Shown one piece after another: positions 1 to 10,219 of a stretch of 59,134 nt of DNA. The position numbers were made by a program, and so were the translations under genes. Every line of letters begins with the position of its first letter. Within the stretch, counting starts at the first letter, position 1. The notes beneath the pieces are model-generated. The model was not told where the DNA came from. It searched no databases and was given only the letters and a program-made list of their open reading frames with translations. This DNA comes from an uncultured Verrucomicrobiota bacterium (lineage in GTDB: Bacteria > Verrucomicrobiota > Verrucomicrobiia > Limisphaerales > CAIMTB01), in the NCBI GenBank assembly GCA_903844265.1, contig CAIMTB010000475.1, positions 1-59,134 of the forward strand, written 5' to 3'.

Positions 1-1
1 C

Positions 2-433
2 GGCCTCTTCGACAAGATCAAGGAAATGAAGCGCAGCAGCGGGTTCCCGGTGGTCAATCCCACCGAGTCGCTCGATGAAATGCAGCGCCATCTGCGCGGC
101 GAAAAGGAAAAGTTCGGGTGCCTCGGCGGACACAAGTACTTCTACCTCGACTGGAACCTGAACCTGTACCGCTGCCACTTCTGGGAATCCCCGATGTGCA
201 ACATCTACGAGTTCGACCAGTCCAGGATCATCCGCGACGGCTGCACCCGCTGCATGATCGACTGCTACCGCGACCCCAGCGTCCTCCAGGCCGTCGCCAT
301 CAACGCCAGCGACGCCTGGCACGCCCTCCGCCGCGGACGCCTCCTCACCGCCGCGAAACACATCCTCGATCCCCGCAACCTCACCTCCCTCAAGGCCGTG
401 TGGGAGGAACGCTCCTACATCAAGTCCGTCTAA
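2..433 (+). CDS. Radical SAM-type enzyme, C-terminal Cys-rich (SPASM/twitch-like) domain; 5' end outside the window
   Basis: Frame of ORF 26..433 stays open back to nt 2 (GLFDKIKEMK...). The tail carries FGCLGG, YRCHF, MCN and GCTRCMIDCYRD (CxxCxxxC), as in auxiliary Fe-S domains of radical SAM maturases. Confidence 0.5.
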   Translation, partial: GLFDKIKEMKRSSGFPVVNPTESLDEMQRHLRGEKEKFGCLGGHKYFYLDWNLNLYRCHFWESPMCNIYEFDQSRIIRDGCTRCMIDCYRDPSVLQAVAINASDAWHALRRGRLLTAAKHILDPRNLTSLKAVWEERSYIKSV

Positions 434-617
434 TCCTTCGCGCCCCCGTTTTTCCCGCGGACACCGGCCGCCGGGAGAGTACGCAGCGTCATCATCAGCT
501 TCAGCGGACCGCATCAAGACCCGCGTCATTCGTGGCTTTGGTGCGCGTCGGCCATGCCTCGGATGACTTCAGACTACCGGAATAATGATTTGACCCGTGT
601 CCTCATGACATGCGGCA

Positions 618-3600
618 ATGAACCTTCACTTTCGGCCGTTTGAATTAGCCATGCCCAGAGGTAGAAAGAATTCAGGGACACCCATCCTCCGCTCGTCCGC
701 CGCCGCCGCGCGGTACGACGCCCATCACAACGTCCTCGGACGTGCGTATGGCGCCCTGGCGGAGCTGCGCCGCGAACTCTCGGACTCCAAGAGCGCCGTG
801 GCCGAACGCAGCGTGATCCTGAGCCATTTTGGCGCTTGCGCCGATCCCCAGCGCGCATGGCTCCTCCTCGAGGATTACTTCGAGAAGCTCAATCTCTCCC
901 GCCGCGACTTTCCCGGTGACGACTGGTGGAGCCGGCTCATGGCGGCCCAGGGCAAGGCCCGGCTCGAGGAGGCCGCCCACCTCTTCCTCCGCGCCAACCG
1001 CGCGCTGCCCACCGAACTCCTTTCCCACGCGAACTTCGAGCGCTTCGCCCAGCAGCAGCAGGCCGAGCGCGACCAGCAGCTGGTCGACGACCTCGAGCGC
1101 TGGCTCTTCCCCCCCGCCCCGGACCACCTCGATTCCCCCCGTGCCGGACTCCGCGTGATCTGCGAACCCCGACGGGGCGAGAACGCCTCCGGACTCAGCC
1201 AGCTCGCGATCGCCTTCAACATCGTGCGCAGCCGCACCGGCGAGAAGGACCGCACGCTCCAGGAGGTGATCGAACTGACGCTCCGCGCCACACAGGAACA
1301 GGAACTCTTCCCGCCGGAAGACTGGGAACTCATCCGCTGGCTCGCAGAACAATACCGGCACCACGACCCGGTCCCGGACTCGCTCATTCTCGAGGGCGTC
1401 GAACTGCTCCGCTGGCTCGTCCGCTGGGGCCGCCTCGGCCGCATGTTGAACAACACCGACCAGGCCCCTCTCCTGTTCCGAGGTCTGCTCGCCAGGTTCA
1501 GCTACCGTCTCGATAACGGTGACCACGAGCTGAATCTCGCCCACTCGCTCGAGACTCCCAGTGGCAAATTCGGCCTCGCCGACGTCCATTTCTTCAGCGG
1601 CGAACTTCCCCTCGCGCTGGTGGCCGGCGAATTCTTCCTGCTCGAGAACGCACCGTCCGAGCGCCTTCTCACGGGCCTGCTCGAAAAACCCACCCAGCCC
1701 GTCCACAAGCTCAGCCATCGCCTGCTCACCCAGCTCCGCCGCGCCCACGCCCACCAGGACACCCGCTGGGACAGCCTCTGCGTCAGCCACACCGCCCGAC
1801 CGCAGTTCATCTTCGAACTCAGCGAGGAAGTCGTCCGCCTCCGCCTCCTCGCCGTCAGCGACCGCGACGGCTCACTCTGGCAATGGAATGGCCACGAATG
1901 GATCTTCGCCGGCCAGGGCGTCCGCAAGAGCGAGAAACCCGACCTCCTCGACGACCAACGCCTCGACGACGCCGTCAACTGGCTCCGTCGCCTCGACTGG
2001 TTCACCCCCGAACCCGGCCTCTGGGTCGGCGATGCCAACGAGAATTTCCTGAGCACGCTCTCCCAGGTCTGGGGCAGCAAGCCGGGCGGCGCTGATTTCC
2101 TGGGCAACCCCGCCTTCCAACGCCTCTTCCTCCAGCCCCGCAAACTCAAGCCCAAGCTCCTCGTCAAGGGCAGCGGCATCGATTGGCTCTCCGTCTCCGC
2201 CGAGTGGGAACAGGAGGGGATGAAACTCACCCCCGCCGACCTCCTGCGACTCGCCACAGCCACCAGCCGCTACGTCAAACTCCCGGACGCCGGCTGGGTG
2301 GAACTCGACACCGAAGCCGTCACGCAGGCCCACGAAACAATGGCCGAACTCGGCGTCGACGGGCTCGTCCCCATCGCCCAGAAAGTCGACATGGTCCAGG
2401 CCAAGGCCCTCGACGAAAGCACCCTCCAGAAATTCGGCGACAGCCCCGAGGCCCGCGCCCTCCGCCAGCGCCTCACGAACTTCAAGGGCGTCCCGGATAC
2501 CGACCTGCCCCCAGGCCTCAACGCAGAACTCCGCCCCTACCAGAAGGACGGCTTCGACTTCCTCTGCCACATCAACAACGTCCAGCTCGGCGCCATCCTC
2601 GCCGACGACATGGGCCTCGGGAAGACGCTGCAGACCCTTGCCTGGCTGCTCTGGCTCAAGCTCCGCAACGGCCGCAAATCCAAGCCGGTCCTCGTCATCT
2701 GCCCCGCCTCCGTGCTCCACAACTGGCGACGTGAAGCCGAGAAGTTCACCCCGAGCATGCGCGTCCTCGTCCTCGAAAGCGGCGCCGCACGACACAACCT
2801 TCGCAAGCAGATCCCCAATTTCGACATCGTCGTCACGAATTACGCCCTGCTCCGACGCGACCTCGAGGAACTCCAGAAATTCGAGTTCCAGGCACTCATC
2901 CTCGACGAGGCCCAGTTCATCAAGAATCCCGGCGCCCAGGTCACCCAGTGCGTGAAGCAGCTCGCCTCACAGCAACGCCTCGCCCTTACCGGCACGCCCC
3001 TCGAGAACCGCCTGCTCGACCTCTGGAGCATCGTCGACTTCATCCAGCCCAGCTATCTCGGCACCCAGGTCGATTTCAACGAGACCTACGAGGCCCCACG
3101 CGAGGATCCCGCCGCCCAACGCATCAATCGCCGACGCCTCTCCGCAAAGCTCCGACCCCTGATGCTCCGCCGCCTCAAGCAACAGGTGGCCAAGGATCTT
3201 CCCGATCGCATCGAGGAACGCCGCGACTGCGAGCTCGGCGAAGACCAGCGCAAACTCTACCTCGCCGAGCTGCGCCGCAGCCGCGACCAGGTCATGCAGG
3301 CCCTCCAGACCAAGGGCCTCGCCCAAAGCCGCATGCACGTCCTCGCGGCCCTCACCCGACTCCGCCAGATCTGCTGCCACCCCGCCCTCGTCGGCAGCGA
3401 CACCTCCTCCGGCAAGACCGAGACGCTGTTCGAACTGCTCGAACCCTTGATGGAGAAGGGCGAAAAGGTCCTCGTGTTCTCCCAGTTCGTGGAGATGCTC
3501 AAAATCCTCGAGAGGGAATGCGCCACGCGCTCCATCGTCACCCACATCCTCACCGGCAATACCAAGGACCGGCAGGAAGTCGTTCGATTGTTCCAGGAGG

Positions 3601-3917
3601 AAACCCGGCCCGCCGTCTTCCTCCTGTCGCTGCGCGCCGCTGGCACCGGCCTCAACCTCACCACCGCCAGCTACGTCATCCTCTATGACCCGTGGTGGAA
3701 CCCGGCCGTCGAAGCCCAGGCCATCGACCGCTCCCATCGCATCGGCCAGACCCGCACGGTCAATGCCTACCGGCTCATCTCACCAGGCACGGTCGAGGAG
3801 AAGATCTGGGACCTCCAACAGAAGAAGGCCCAGACGATCAGCGACGTCCTCGGCGAAGAAGGCTTTGCCAAGAACCTCACCAGCACCGACCTCGAATACC
3901 TGTTCTCCGAGGACTGA
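618..3917 (+). CDS. SNF2/RapA-family helicase with long N-terminal accessory region
   Basis: ATG start. Helicase motifs ILADDMGLGKT (I), LILDEAQFIKN (II), LTGTPLENRL (III), VLVFSQF, and LLSLRAAGTGLNLTTASYVILYDPWWNPAVEAQAIDRSHRIGQ (V-VI). Confidence 0.9.
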   Translation: MNLHFRPFELAMPRGRKNSGTPILRSSAAAARYDAHHNVLGRAYGALAELRRELSDSKSAVAERSVILSHFGACADPQRAWLLLEDYFEKLNLSRRDFPGDDWWSRLMAAQGKARLEEAAHLFLRANRALPTELLSHANFERFAQQQQAERDQQLVDDLERWLFPPAPDHLDSPRAGLRVICEPRRGENASGLSQLAIAFNIVRSRTGEKDRTLQEVIELTLRATQEQELFPPEDWELIRWLAEQYRHHDPVPDSLILEGVELLRWLVRWGRLGRMLNNTDQAPLLFRGLLARFSYRLDNGDHELNLAHSLETPSGKFGLADVHFFSGELPLALVAGEFFLLENAPSERLLTGLLEKPTQPVHKLSHRLLTQLRRAHAHQDTRWDSLCVSHTARPQFIFELSEEVVRLRLLAVSDRDGSLWQWNGHEWIFAGQGVRKSEKPDLLDDQRLDDAVNWLRRLDWFTPEPGLWVGDANENFLSTLSQVWGSKPGGADFLGNPAFQRLFLQPRKLKPKLLVKGSGIDWLSVSAEWEQEGMKLTPADLLRLATATSRYVKLPDAGWVELDTEAVTQAHETMAELGVDGLVPIAQKVDMVQAKALDESTLQKFGDSPEARALRQRLTNFKGVPDTDLPPGLNAELRPYQKDGFDFLCHINNVQLGAILADDMGLGKTLQTLAWLLWLKLRNGRKSKPVLVICPASVLHNWRREAEKFTPSMRVLVLESGAARHNLRKQIPNFDIVVTNYALLRRDLEELQKFEFQALILDEAQFIKNPGAQVTQCVKQLASQQRLALTGTPLENRLLDLWSIVDFIQPSYLGTQVDFNETYEAPREDPAAQRINRRRLSAKLRPLMLRRLKQQVAKDLPDRIEERRDCELGEDQRKLYLAELRRSRDQVMQALQTKGLAQSRMHVLAALTRLRQICCHPALVGSDTSSGKTETLFELLEPLMEKGEKVLVFSQFVEMLKILERECATRSIVTHILTGNTKDRQEVVRLFQEETRPAVFLLSLRAAGTGLNLTTASYVILYDPWWNPAVEAQAIDRSHRIGQTRTVNAYRLISPGTVEEKIWDLQQKKAQTISDVLGEEGFAKNLTSTDLEYLFSED

Positions 3918-3924
3918 GCGGCCT

Positions 3925-5508
3925 CTACGTAGGCTCCATCTCGAAGACATCCTCGGCGGGTGCCACATCCTTGCCTTGGCTCTGGCCTTGGGCCTTGCCG
4001 GATCGTGGGCCCCCGCGATTCACGAAGCCACCCATGCCGGCCTTGCCCGGCGCGGATACCGCGCCTTTCGACGGACGATTCACGCCCTCGATGATCAAGG
4101 TCAGTTCGTCCAAGGCGCGACGCAGCGCGTCGGACTGTGAGTTCAACACCTCCGCAGCGCTCGCGCTCTCCTCCGCAGCCGCCGCATTGGCCCGCGTCAC
4201 CTTGTCCACCTCGACGACCGAGGCGTTCACCTGCGCGATGGCCTGGCTTTGTTCCTTCGAAGACTTCGACACGGCGGCCGCAAGGTCATCCGCCTGCCGT
4301 ACCCGCCCCACGATCTGCTGAAGACCCTGGCCCACCCGCTCGCTGATCTCCACGCCCTGCGCGGCCTTCGCAATCGCGGCCTCGATCATGCCCGCCGTCT
4401 CCTGCGCGGCCTGCGCGCTGCGCTTGGCCAGGTTCCGCACCTCGTTCGCGACCACCGCAAATCCCAACCCCGCATCTCCCGCGCGGGCGGCTTCCACCGC
4501 GGCGTTCAAGGAAAGGAGGTTCGTCTGAAACGCGATGTCGTTGATCGTCCGGTTGACCTTCGCAATCTCGCCGCTGCTCGCCTTGATGCCCTCCATCGCT
4601 CCCGTCATGGCCTGCATCTGCAGGGACCCGGCATCCGCAGCCGTCCGCGCCAGCCGCGCACACTCGCTCGCCTGGGTCGCATCCTGCGCGTTGCGCTCGG
4701 TCATCGCCGCCACCTGCTCCAACGACGAACTCGTCCGATCCATCGAAGACGCCTGATCGGTCGCGCCCTGGGCCAACGAAAGACTGGCCGCGGAAACCTG
4801 ATGCGCTGCCAAGGCCGTGTGGTCCCCGGATTCCGAAAGAAGGTTCGCCACGCGCCGCAGGCGCCTGTCCATCCTGCTCGCAAGAATCCAACCGAGCACC
4901 GGTGCGACGATCAGCACCACCACCACGGACGCGATCGCCATCACCTCAAACTGCCGCGCCGCGTTCATGCCATGGAGATCCTGGGCCTTGGCCACCCCGT
5001 CCGATCGATCCCGCAGTTCCTTGACCAACGACGAGAGTTCCCTCGAATGCTGGCATGTTGCCGAGCGGTAAAACACCCGCGCCTCGGCTCGACCACTGCC
5101 CCCCTTCGCCAACAAAGCCTCCAGCTTCTCCACGGTGGCGTGGAGCGCCAGGTGCGGCGCCTCCAGGTTGCGCCAGAGGGTCGCCAGCGCAGGATCCAGG
5201 TTCGTCACCGACCGCCCGCCCTCCCCGTAGTACCACTTCCCAAAGGCGCAGGCGTGCCCATCCTTCGCAACATCGATCCTCAGGATCTGATCGTCCGTTT
5301 CAAAGTCACCCACCGTTCGCACCCAGTTCAAGTGGTCGATCTGCCGCTCCAGGAGGGTTTGGCCGATCAACTTATAAGCCGCTGATTTCGACATGTCCTC
5401 GCGGGCCTCCACGCTGCGCCACCATCCGATCAAGCTCCCGGTCACCGGGAACAACCCGGCCAACAGGAAGGTGAGGAGAAGCCTGGTGCGAAGTGATGTT
5501 TGTGCCAT
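3925..5508 (-). CDS. Methyl-accepting chemotaxis protein, two TM helices, periplasmic CZB-like sensor
   Basis: Internal ATG (cat at 5506-5508) gives [20 protein letters not shown]... (TM1). TM2 is [21 protein letters not shown]. Signalling hairpin is [45 protein letters not shown]. The 220-aa extension of the tracked ORF (to 6168) is Arg/Gly-rich junk overlapping the next gene. Confidence 0.85.
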   Translation of the reverse strand: MAQTSLRTRLLLTFLLAGLFPVTGSLIGWWRSVEAREDMSKSAAYKLIGQTLLERQIDHLNWVRTVGDFETDDQILRIDVAKDGHACAFGKWYYGEGGRSVTNLDPALATLWRNLEAPHLALHATVEKLEALLAKGGSGRAEARVFYRSATCQHSRELSSLVKELRDRSDGVAKAQDLHGMNAARQFEVMAIASVVVVLIVAPVLGWILASRMDRRLRRVANLLSESGDHTALAAHQVSAASLSLAQGATDQASSMDRTSSSLEQVAAMTERNAQDATQASECARLARTAADAGSLQMQAMTGAMEGIKASSGEIAKVNRTINDIAFQTNLLSLNAAVEAARAGDAGLGFAVVANEVRNLAKRSAQAAQETAGMIEAAIAKAAQGVEISERVGQGLQQIVGRVRQADDLAAAVSKSSKEQSQAIAQVNASVVEVDKVTRANAAAAEESASAAEVLNSQSDALRRALDELTLIIEGVNRPSKGAVSAPGKAGMGGFVNRGGPRSGKAQGQSQGKDVAPAEDVFEMEPT

Positions 5509-5659
5509 GACGGTCGTCCCTCGTGGCGCCACATCGAAAGCTGCGATCCCCCTCGGAACGACCGGTGCAACCCACCCACCCCTGTTCCCGGGCCCCCACC
5601 TCGCGGACGCCTCATGCCTATGGACATCCCCACAGCCGACAAACCACGCGCCACGCGCG

Positions 5660-5687
5660 GCATCGGCAGGAGTAGCGCGGGCCTTTA
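5660..5687 (-). promoter_or_regulatory. Candidate sigma-28 (FliA)-type promoter for the chemoreceptor gene
   Basis: Minus strand reads TAAA-N16-GCCGATGC. Consensus from memory is TAAA-N15-GCCGATAA, so the spacer is one nt longer. It lies about 150 nt upstream of the MCP start. Confidence 0.3.
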
Positions 5688-5815
5688 ATGGAACTTCTGA
5701 ACCCATCCCGGTGAGATCCGGAAGAATCCCACGGGAACCCCACGCAATAGGACAAAATTGGGAACAGAAAAACCTCGAAGAGGTGCCGCACACTCGGTTC
5801 GCCGCCCATGAACCA

Positions 5816-6979
5816 TCAGGCCCGCCCCCTCCGCGACGCCCGTCGACTCTCCCGCAAACGATACAGCTGCCGCAGGGCATAGCGCGCATCGAGCCGGACG
5901 AGGAAGAAACCCGCGAGACGCTCCGCAACCTTGTTCCACCAGGGCCGCCGCCGCCATTCCTCGGGAAGAATCCGCCGGCTTCGTTCAAGGTCCCCCTCGA
6001 ACGCAGCGTGCCCCTCCGCCGCCAACACCGGATCCTGGACCCGGAGAAGAAGCTCGTAGTTGATGTTGAGGCTCCTGAGGTCGAGGTTCGCCGAACCCAC
6101 GTACACCACGTCATCCAGCAGGTAACGCTTCGCGTGCAACACCGCCGGCTGATATTCGAAGATCTCACAACCCGCCTGCAGCAACCGGCTGTACTGCCCC
6201 CTCGCCGCCAACTGCGCCATCCGCACGTCTGACTTCCCGGGCACGAGCAACTGCACCTTCGCGCCCTGACGGGCCGCCGTGCTCATGGCCAAACGCAGCC
6301 GCCGAGGTGGCAGGAAATAGGCGGTCGTCAACCGCACCAGGCGCGAACGAAGCACATCCGCGGCGAGGGATTCACGCGCTGGATTCCGCTCACGCCCCGG
6401 GGAAAGCAGAAACAGCGTCCCCGCCCCGAGCGGGACCTGCTGGGGAACCATGTGCTTTCGGAACCGCGCCAGTCGCCGATGCCGAAAACTCGCCGCCCCA
6501 AACATCCCGGCGAACGCCTCGGCAAGAGGAGGAACGAATTCCCCCGTCACCCCCACCCCCAGATCACGCCACCCCCCCACCACGCCGTCGCCGTCGTACT
6601 CGCGCCCGATGTTGAACCCGGTCACAAAGGCCAACTCACGGTCGATCACCACCAGCTTCCGGTGGTCGCGATACGTGTATCGCCCGAGTTCGCGCGGATT
6701 GAACCGGCGACATTCAGCCCCGGCATCGATCAGCGGCTGGAAAAAATCATACCGGAGTTCGAACGAACCGAACGCATCGACAAGCAACCGGACACGGACA
6801 CCACGCCTCGAGGCGGCCACAAGCGCATCGCGAAATCGCCGTCCCACGTCGGAATCCTCGAAGATGTACATCTCGAGATCGATCGACCGTGCCGCCGCCC
6901 CAACGGCCTCCATCATGGCGGCAAGGCCCTCCCGACCCGTAGGAAGCCATCTGACGAGGGTCCCCGATGCGGCGGGCAT
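5816..6979 (-). CDS. Phospholipase D / cardiolipin synthase-family protein (two HKD motifs)
   Basis: HKD motifs HRKLVVID...GFNIG and [19 protein letters not shown]. Start taken at ATG 6979 ([11 protein letters not shown]...). Alternative ATG 7042 would overlap the divergent dsbD start. The tracked ORF start 7336 is inside dsbD. Confidence 0.8.
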   Translation of the reverse strand: MPAASGTLVRWLPTGREGLAAMMEAVGAAARSIDLEMYIFEDSDVGRRFRDALVAASRRGVRVRLLVDAFGSFELRYDFFQPLIDAGAECRRFNPRELGRYTYRDHRKLVVIDRELAFVTGFNIGREYDGDGVVGGWRDLGVGVTGEFVPPLAEAFAGMFGAASFRHRRLARFRKHMVPQQVPLGAGTLFLLSPGRERNPARESLAADVLRSRLVRLTTAYFLPPRRLRLAMSTAARQGAKVQLLVPGKSDVRMAQLAARGQYSRLLQAGCEIFEYQPAVLHAKRYLLDDVVYVGSANLDLRSLNINYELLLRVQDPVLAAEGHAAFEGDLERSRRILPEEWRRRPWWNKVAERLAGFFLVRLDARYALRQLYRLRESRRASRRGRA

Positions 6980-7040
6980 GCCCGTATGCTCCCGGTCATC
7001 CCGGATTTGGCAATCGCTAACCCGTGAGGCATTGTCCCTC

Positions 7041-9224
7041 ATGCGTTGGTTTCGTCTGCTCACCGCCCTGTCCCTGCTCCTCGCCGCGCCCCTCCCCACC
7101 CTCGCGGCAGGCGGAACGAGCGCCCGACTCCTCCTGCCCACCGACGCCGCCCGACCCGGCGAAACAATCCTCGCCGGGATCGAGCTCACGATGAAGCCCG
7201 GTTGGCACACGTACTGGCGAAACGGCGGGGACTCCGGGGCCCCCACCACCGTCGAATGGACCCTCCCTGCGGGCCTCACCGCAGGCACCCTCCGATGGCC
7301 CGCCCCCGAACGACTCGATGAGGACGGCCTCATCACCTACGTCTACCACCACCGGACCCTCCTCCTCGTCCCCATCTCCATCGCGCCCTCCACTCCTCCC
7401 GGCCCCATCAACCTCTCCGCGAAGATCAAGTGGCTCGAATGTGAAAAAAGCTGCGTCCCGGGAGGCACCACGGTCCAGGCCCGCCTCACCCTCGGCAATG
7501 CCTCCCAGCCATCCACCAACGCCAACCTCCTCAAGACCGCCGAATCCCAGCTCCCCAAGCCGCTCACCGCCGATATCGCGCAGGCCGCCTGGGACGGCCC
7601 ACCCACAGGCGACGAACGACCCCTCGTGATCCGATGGCGAACCGACGCCGCGGCCGGTACCCCGGAGTTCTTCGCCGATTCCTCCACCACCCTCGAAATC
7701 CCCACCACCACCGACGTCCTGCCCCAGGCCGACGGCACCGTCACGCTTCGAAAAAAGGTCAAACGCCTCGAAGCCTCGTGGCCCAACGAAGTCTCGGGCG
7801 TCCTCGCCCTGCTGAACTCCAAGCACACCGCCGTCCTCGCCTTCGAAGGAAAACTCACCCTCGCCGACGGCCCAACCCCGCCTCGCAACGTCGCCGCCGC
7901 AACCCACCCCAAGGACCCCGCCGCCGAAACCGAAGGCGGCGTCACCGTCCCACGCCTCTCACTCGGCAAGGCCCTGTTCCTCGCCCTGATCGGCGGACTC
8001 ATCCTCAACATCATGCCGTGCGTCCTGCCGGTGATCGCGTTGAAGATTCTCGGATTCGTCCGCCAAAGCGGAAGCCGACCCGCCGAGATCCGCAAACTCG
8101 GCCTGATCTACGGCCTCGGTGTCTGGTTCTCCTTCCTGGCCCTCGCCGCCGTGGTCATAGCGGTCCAGAAAGCCACCGGCGCCGCCAGTTGGGGCATGCA
8201 ATTCGGGAACCCCGTCTTTCTGGTCGCCATGACTTCACTGGTGATCCTGGTCTCACTCAGCCTTTTCGGCGTGTTCGAGATCATGGTGACGGGCCGCGCC
8301 ATGGATGCCGCCGGAGATCTCGCAAGCAAGGAGGGCCCGGCAGGCGCGTTCTTCAACGGAATGCTCGCCGTCGCCCTCGCCACCCCCTGCACCGCCCCCT
8401 TCCTCGCCCCGGCACTCGGCTACGCCTTCACAGCCCCCAATGATGCCACGATCGTCATCATCTTCAGCGCCGTGGCGTTCGGACTCGCCTCACCCTACGT
8501 CGTCCTCAGCTGGCAACCGGCCTGGCTGAAATTCCTGCCGAAACCCGGCGCATGGATGGAACATTTCAAGATCGCCATGGGCTTCCCCATGCTCGCCACC
8601 GCGATCTGGCTCTACACCCTCGCCGCAGATCGCCTCGGACCCGGCGGCCCCCTCTGGCTCGGACTCTTCCTGGTCGGCCTTGCGCTCTCGGCCTGGGTCT
8701 GGGGCGAATTCGCCCAACGCGGTCGCCGCCGCCCGGGCACCGCCACCGCCGTCGCCATTGTTCTCCTCGCCGTTTTTTATACTTACACACTCGAAAAAGA
8801 ACTCGACTGGCGGAACGCCCGCCCCGAGCCCTCCAGCGCCGCCAGCGGCACCCACCCGACTCGGACAGGCGGCATCGAGTGGCAGGCCTGGTCACCCGCC
8901 GCCCTCGCCTCCGCCCGCACCACCGGACGCCCCGTGCTCGTCGATTTCACCGCCGAATGGTGCCTGACCTGCAAGCTCAACGAGCGCTCGTCCCTCGCCA
9001 TCGACTCCGTCCGCGAGAAGCTCAGGTCCATCAACGCCATCACGCTCAAGGGCGACCACACCGCCACACCTCCCGCCATCACCGCGGAACTGAAAAGATT
9101 CGGACGCGCCGGCGTCCCCCTGGTGCTGGTCTATCCCAGGGACTCCTCCAAGGCCCCCATCGTCCTGCCCGAGGTGCTGACGCCCGGCATCGTGATGGAG
9201 GCCCTCGACAAGGCAGCCCTCTGA
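7041..9224 (+). CDS. dsbD: Thiol:disulfide interchange protein DsbD-family (N-terminal DsbD-alpha-like domain, CcdA-type membrane core, C-terminal thioredoxin)
   Basis: In-frame ATG 7041 gives signal peptide MRWFRLLTALSLLLAAPLPTLAA. Also KPGWHTYW, KWLECEKSCVPG, multiple TM helices (NIMPCVLPVIALK, ATPCTAPFL), and C-terminal FTAEWCLTCK thioredoxin CxxC. Confidence 0.85.
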   Translation: MRWFRLLTALSLLLAAPLPTLAAGGTSARLLLPTDAARPGETILAGIELTMKPGWHTYWRNGGDSGAPTTVEWTLPAGLTAGTLRWPAPERLDEDGLITYVYHHRTLLLVPISIAPSTPPGPINLSAKIKWLECEKSCVPGGTTVQARLTLGNASQPSTNANLLKTAESQLPKPLTADIAQAAWDGPPTGDERPLVIRWRTDAAAGTPEFFADSSTTLEIPTTTDVLPQADGTVTLRKKVKRLEASWPNEVSGVLALLNSKHTAVLAFEGKLTLADGPTPPRNVAAATHPKDPAAETEGGVTVPRLSLGKALFLALIGGLILNIMPCVLPVIALKILGFVRQSGSRPAEIRKLGLIYGLGVWFSFLALAAVVIAVQKATGAASWGMQFGNPVFLVAMTSLVILVSLSLFGVFEIMVTGRAMDAAGDLASKEGPAGAFFNGMLAVALATPCTAPFLAPALGYAFTAPNDATIVIIFSAVAFGLASPYVVLSWQPAWLKFLPKPGAWMEHFKIAMGFPMLATAIWLYTLAADRLGPGGPLWLGLFLVGLALSAWVWGEFAQRGRRRPGTATAVAIVLLAVFYTYTLEKELDWRNARPEPSSAASGTHPTRTGGIEWQAWSPAALASARTTGRPVLVDFTAEWCLTCKLNERSSLAIDSVREKLRSINAITLKGDHTATPPAITAELKRFGRAGVPLVLVYPRDSSKAPIVLPEVLTPGIVMEALDKAAL

Positions 9225-9238
9225 GTGGACCCCCGGCC

Positions 9239-10015
9239 TCAGTTCCCCGGATTGAACGCCCGGGTGGTCGCTTCCTGCATCAGGGCCGGCATCGAATCGA
9301 AGGTCTTGTAATCGGAAGGCACCCGGAACGAGTCGTCGTCCGGGCTCGACAAACGGACCCCGGAAAACGTCATCACGATGGTGCTGCCCTCCGATCGGAA
9401 CGCGATCCTGACCGGAAACCTGTCGAGCGCCGCCGCCTCCCAGGTCGTCGCCTCGGTCTTGCCCCCGTCGCTCGAGGTCAGTACCACCTGCTGCCGCACA
9501 CAGGGCTGACCATCCAGCGACTCCTTTCCCAACGCCTTCTTCGAGACCTTGGATCCCGGACTCGGAAGATCCGCATCCGACAACGCGACCCGGGTCGCAA
9601 ACTTGAGATCCGGAAAGAGCACGAACATCGTCCGGTCAGCCGGTGACACAATGCTCGTCATCCGCGCCATGCCCACCTTCTGCAACGCTCCCAGTCCCTG
9701 AACCGCCAGACCACCCCCCTGCATCTTCCCGAAATCCACCTCGATCCGAAGCCGGTCCTCGCGCTTCGCCATTTTCATCGGGATGACCAGGCGCGTTTTC
9801 TCGACGGAGTTGGTCATCGTCGTCTCCACCGACGCCGCAAACGCCGGAATGTCGTTGAGCAACTTCCCCAGGACCGCGTTGTACCCCACGCCACCTCCCG
9901 GCATCGACGAACCCTCCCCATACACCACAGCCGATCCCATCCATGCCAGGGACACGATCCGAACCCAAAGTCCCATCCGCAGCCACGCATGATCGAGTGA
10001 ACGCATGAAAGCCAT
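9239..10015 (-). CDS. Hypothetical exported protein (beta-rich, LolA/DUF4412-like impression only)
   Basis: Start at ATG 10015 (MAFMRSLDHAWLRMGLWVRIVSLAWMGSAVVYG looks like a signal peptide). The longer ORF to 10225 would run over the iscR promoter and start. No catalytic motif recognised. Confidence 0.5.
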   Translation of the reverse strand: MAFMRSLDHAWLRMGLWVRIVSLAWMGSAVVYGEGSSMPGGGVGYNAVLGKLLNDIPAFAASVETTMTNSVEKTRLVIPMKMAKREDRLRIEVDFGKMQGGGLAVQGLGALQKVGMARMTSIVSPADRTMFVLFPDLKFATRVALSDADLPSPGSKVSKKALGKESLDGQPCVRQQVVLTSSDGGKTEATTWEAAALDRFPVRIAFRSEGSTIVMTFSGVRLSSPDDDSFRVPSDYKTFDSMPALMQEATTRAFNPGN

Positions 10016-10184
10016 GCCTCCGAAACTGAGGGGAAAACCCCGCCGACGCGAGCCTTGCCGCCCCTGCCGATCCCCCGACGCCACTCGACGGAGGACAAAT
10101 CCGTCGCGACCGCTCCCCGCACGTACCGCAACAAACACCCCATCGGGTTTGACAGAACCAAGGACCCTGCTAACTAAGCGGGGC

Positions 10185-10207
10185 AATCGGACGAAATTAG
10201 TCCGATT
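10185..10207. promoter_or_regulatory. Perfect 8-7-8 inverted repeat, candidate Rrf2/IscR operator
   Basis: AATCGGAC-gaaatta-GTCCGATT ends 13 nt before the iscR-like ATG. The GAC-N7-GTC core matches the type-1 IscR site architecture as I remember it. TTGACA at 10149-10154 lies upstream. Confidence 0.5.
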
Positions 10208-10219
10208 TAGAATCAGCGA

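Noticed and set aside
590-603. Third Fnr-like box TTGAC-ccgt-GTCCT upstream of the SNF2 helicase
   Set aside because: The right half-site is degenerate (GTCCT). The centre is only about 21 nt from the ATG, unlike the two -42 boxes. It is probably just a -35-like TTGAC hexamer.
5509-6168. N-terminal 220-aa extension of the chemoreceptor ORF (tracked 3925..6168). Likewise the extensions 6980..7336 of the PLD ORF and 6450..7040 of the dsbD ORF.
   Set aside because: The extensions are Arg/Gly/Ser-rich, overlap neighbouring genes, and precede internal ATGs that yield proper signal peptides or TM helices.
618-6979. SNF2 helicase plus PLD-family nuclease as a DISARM/Zorya-like defence module
   Set aside because: The two genes are on opposite strands and separated by a chemoreceptor gene. 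No DUF1998, methyltransferase, ZorA/B-like or other partner genes are present. The PLD protein looks like a cardiolipin-synthase-type enzyme and the helicase like a RapA-type housekeeping protein.
7040-7043. Head-to-head start-codon overlap (CATG) of the PLD gene and dsbD
   Set aside because: It requires the PLD start at ATG 7042. The downstream ATG 6979 gives a protein of normal size for the family and leaves a 61-nt divergent promoter region, so the overlap is probably not real.
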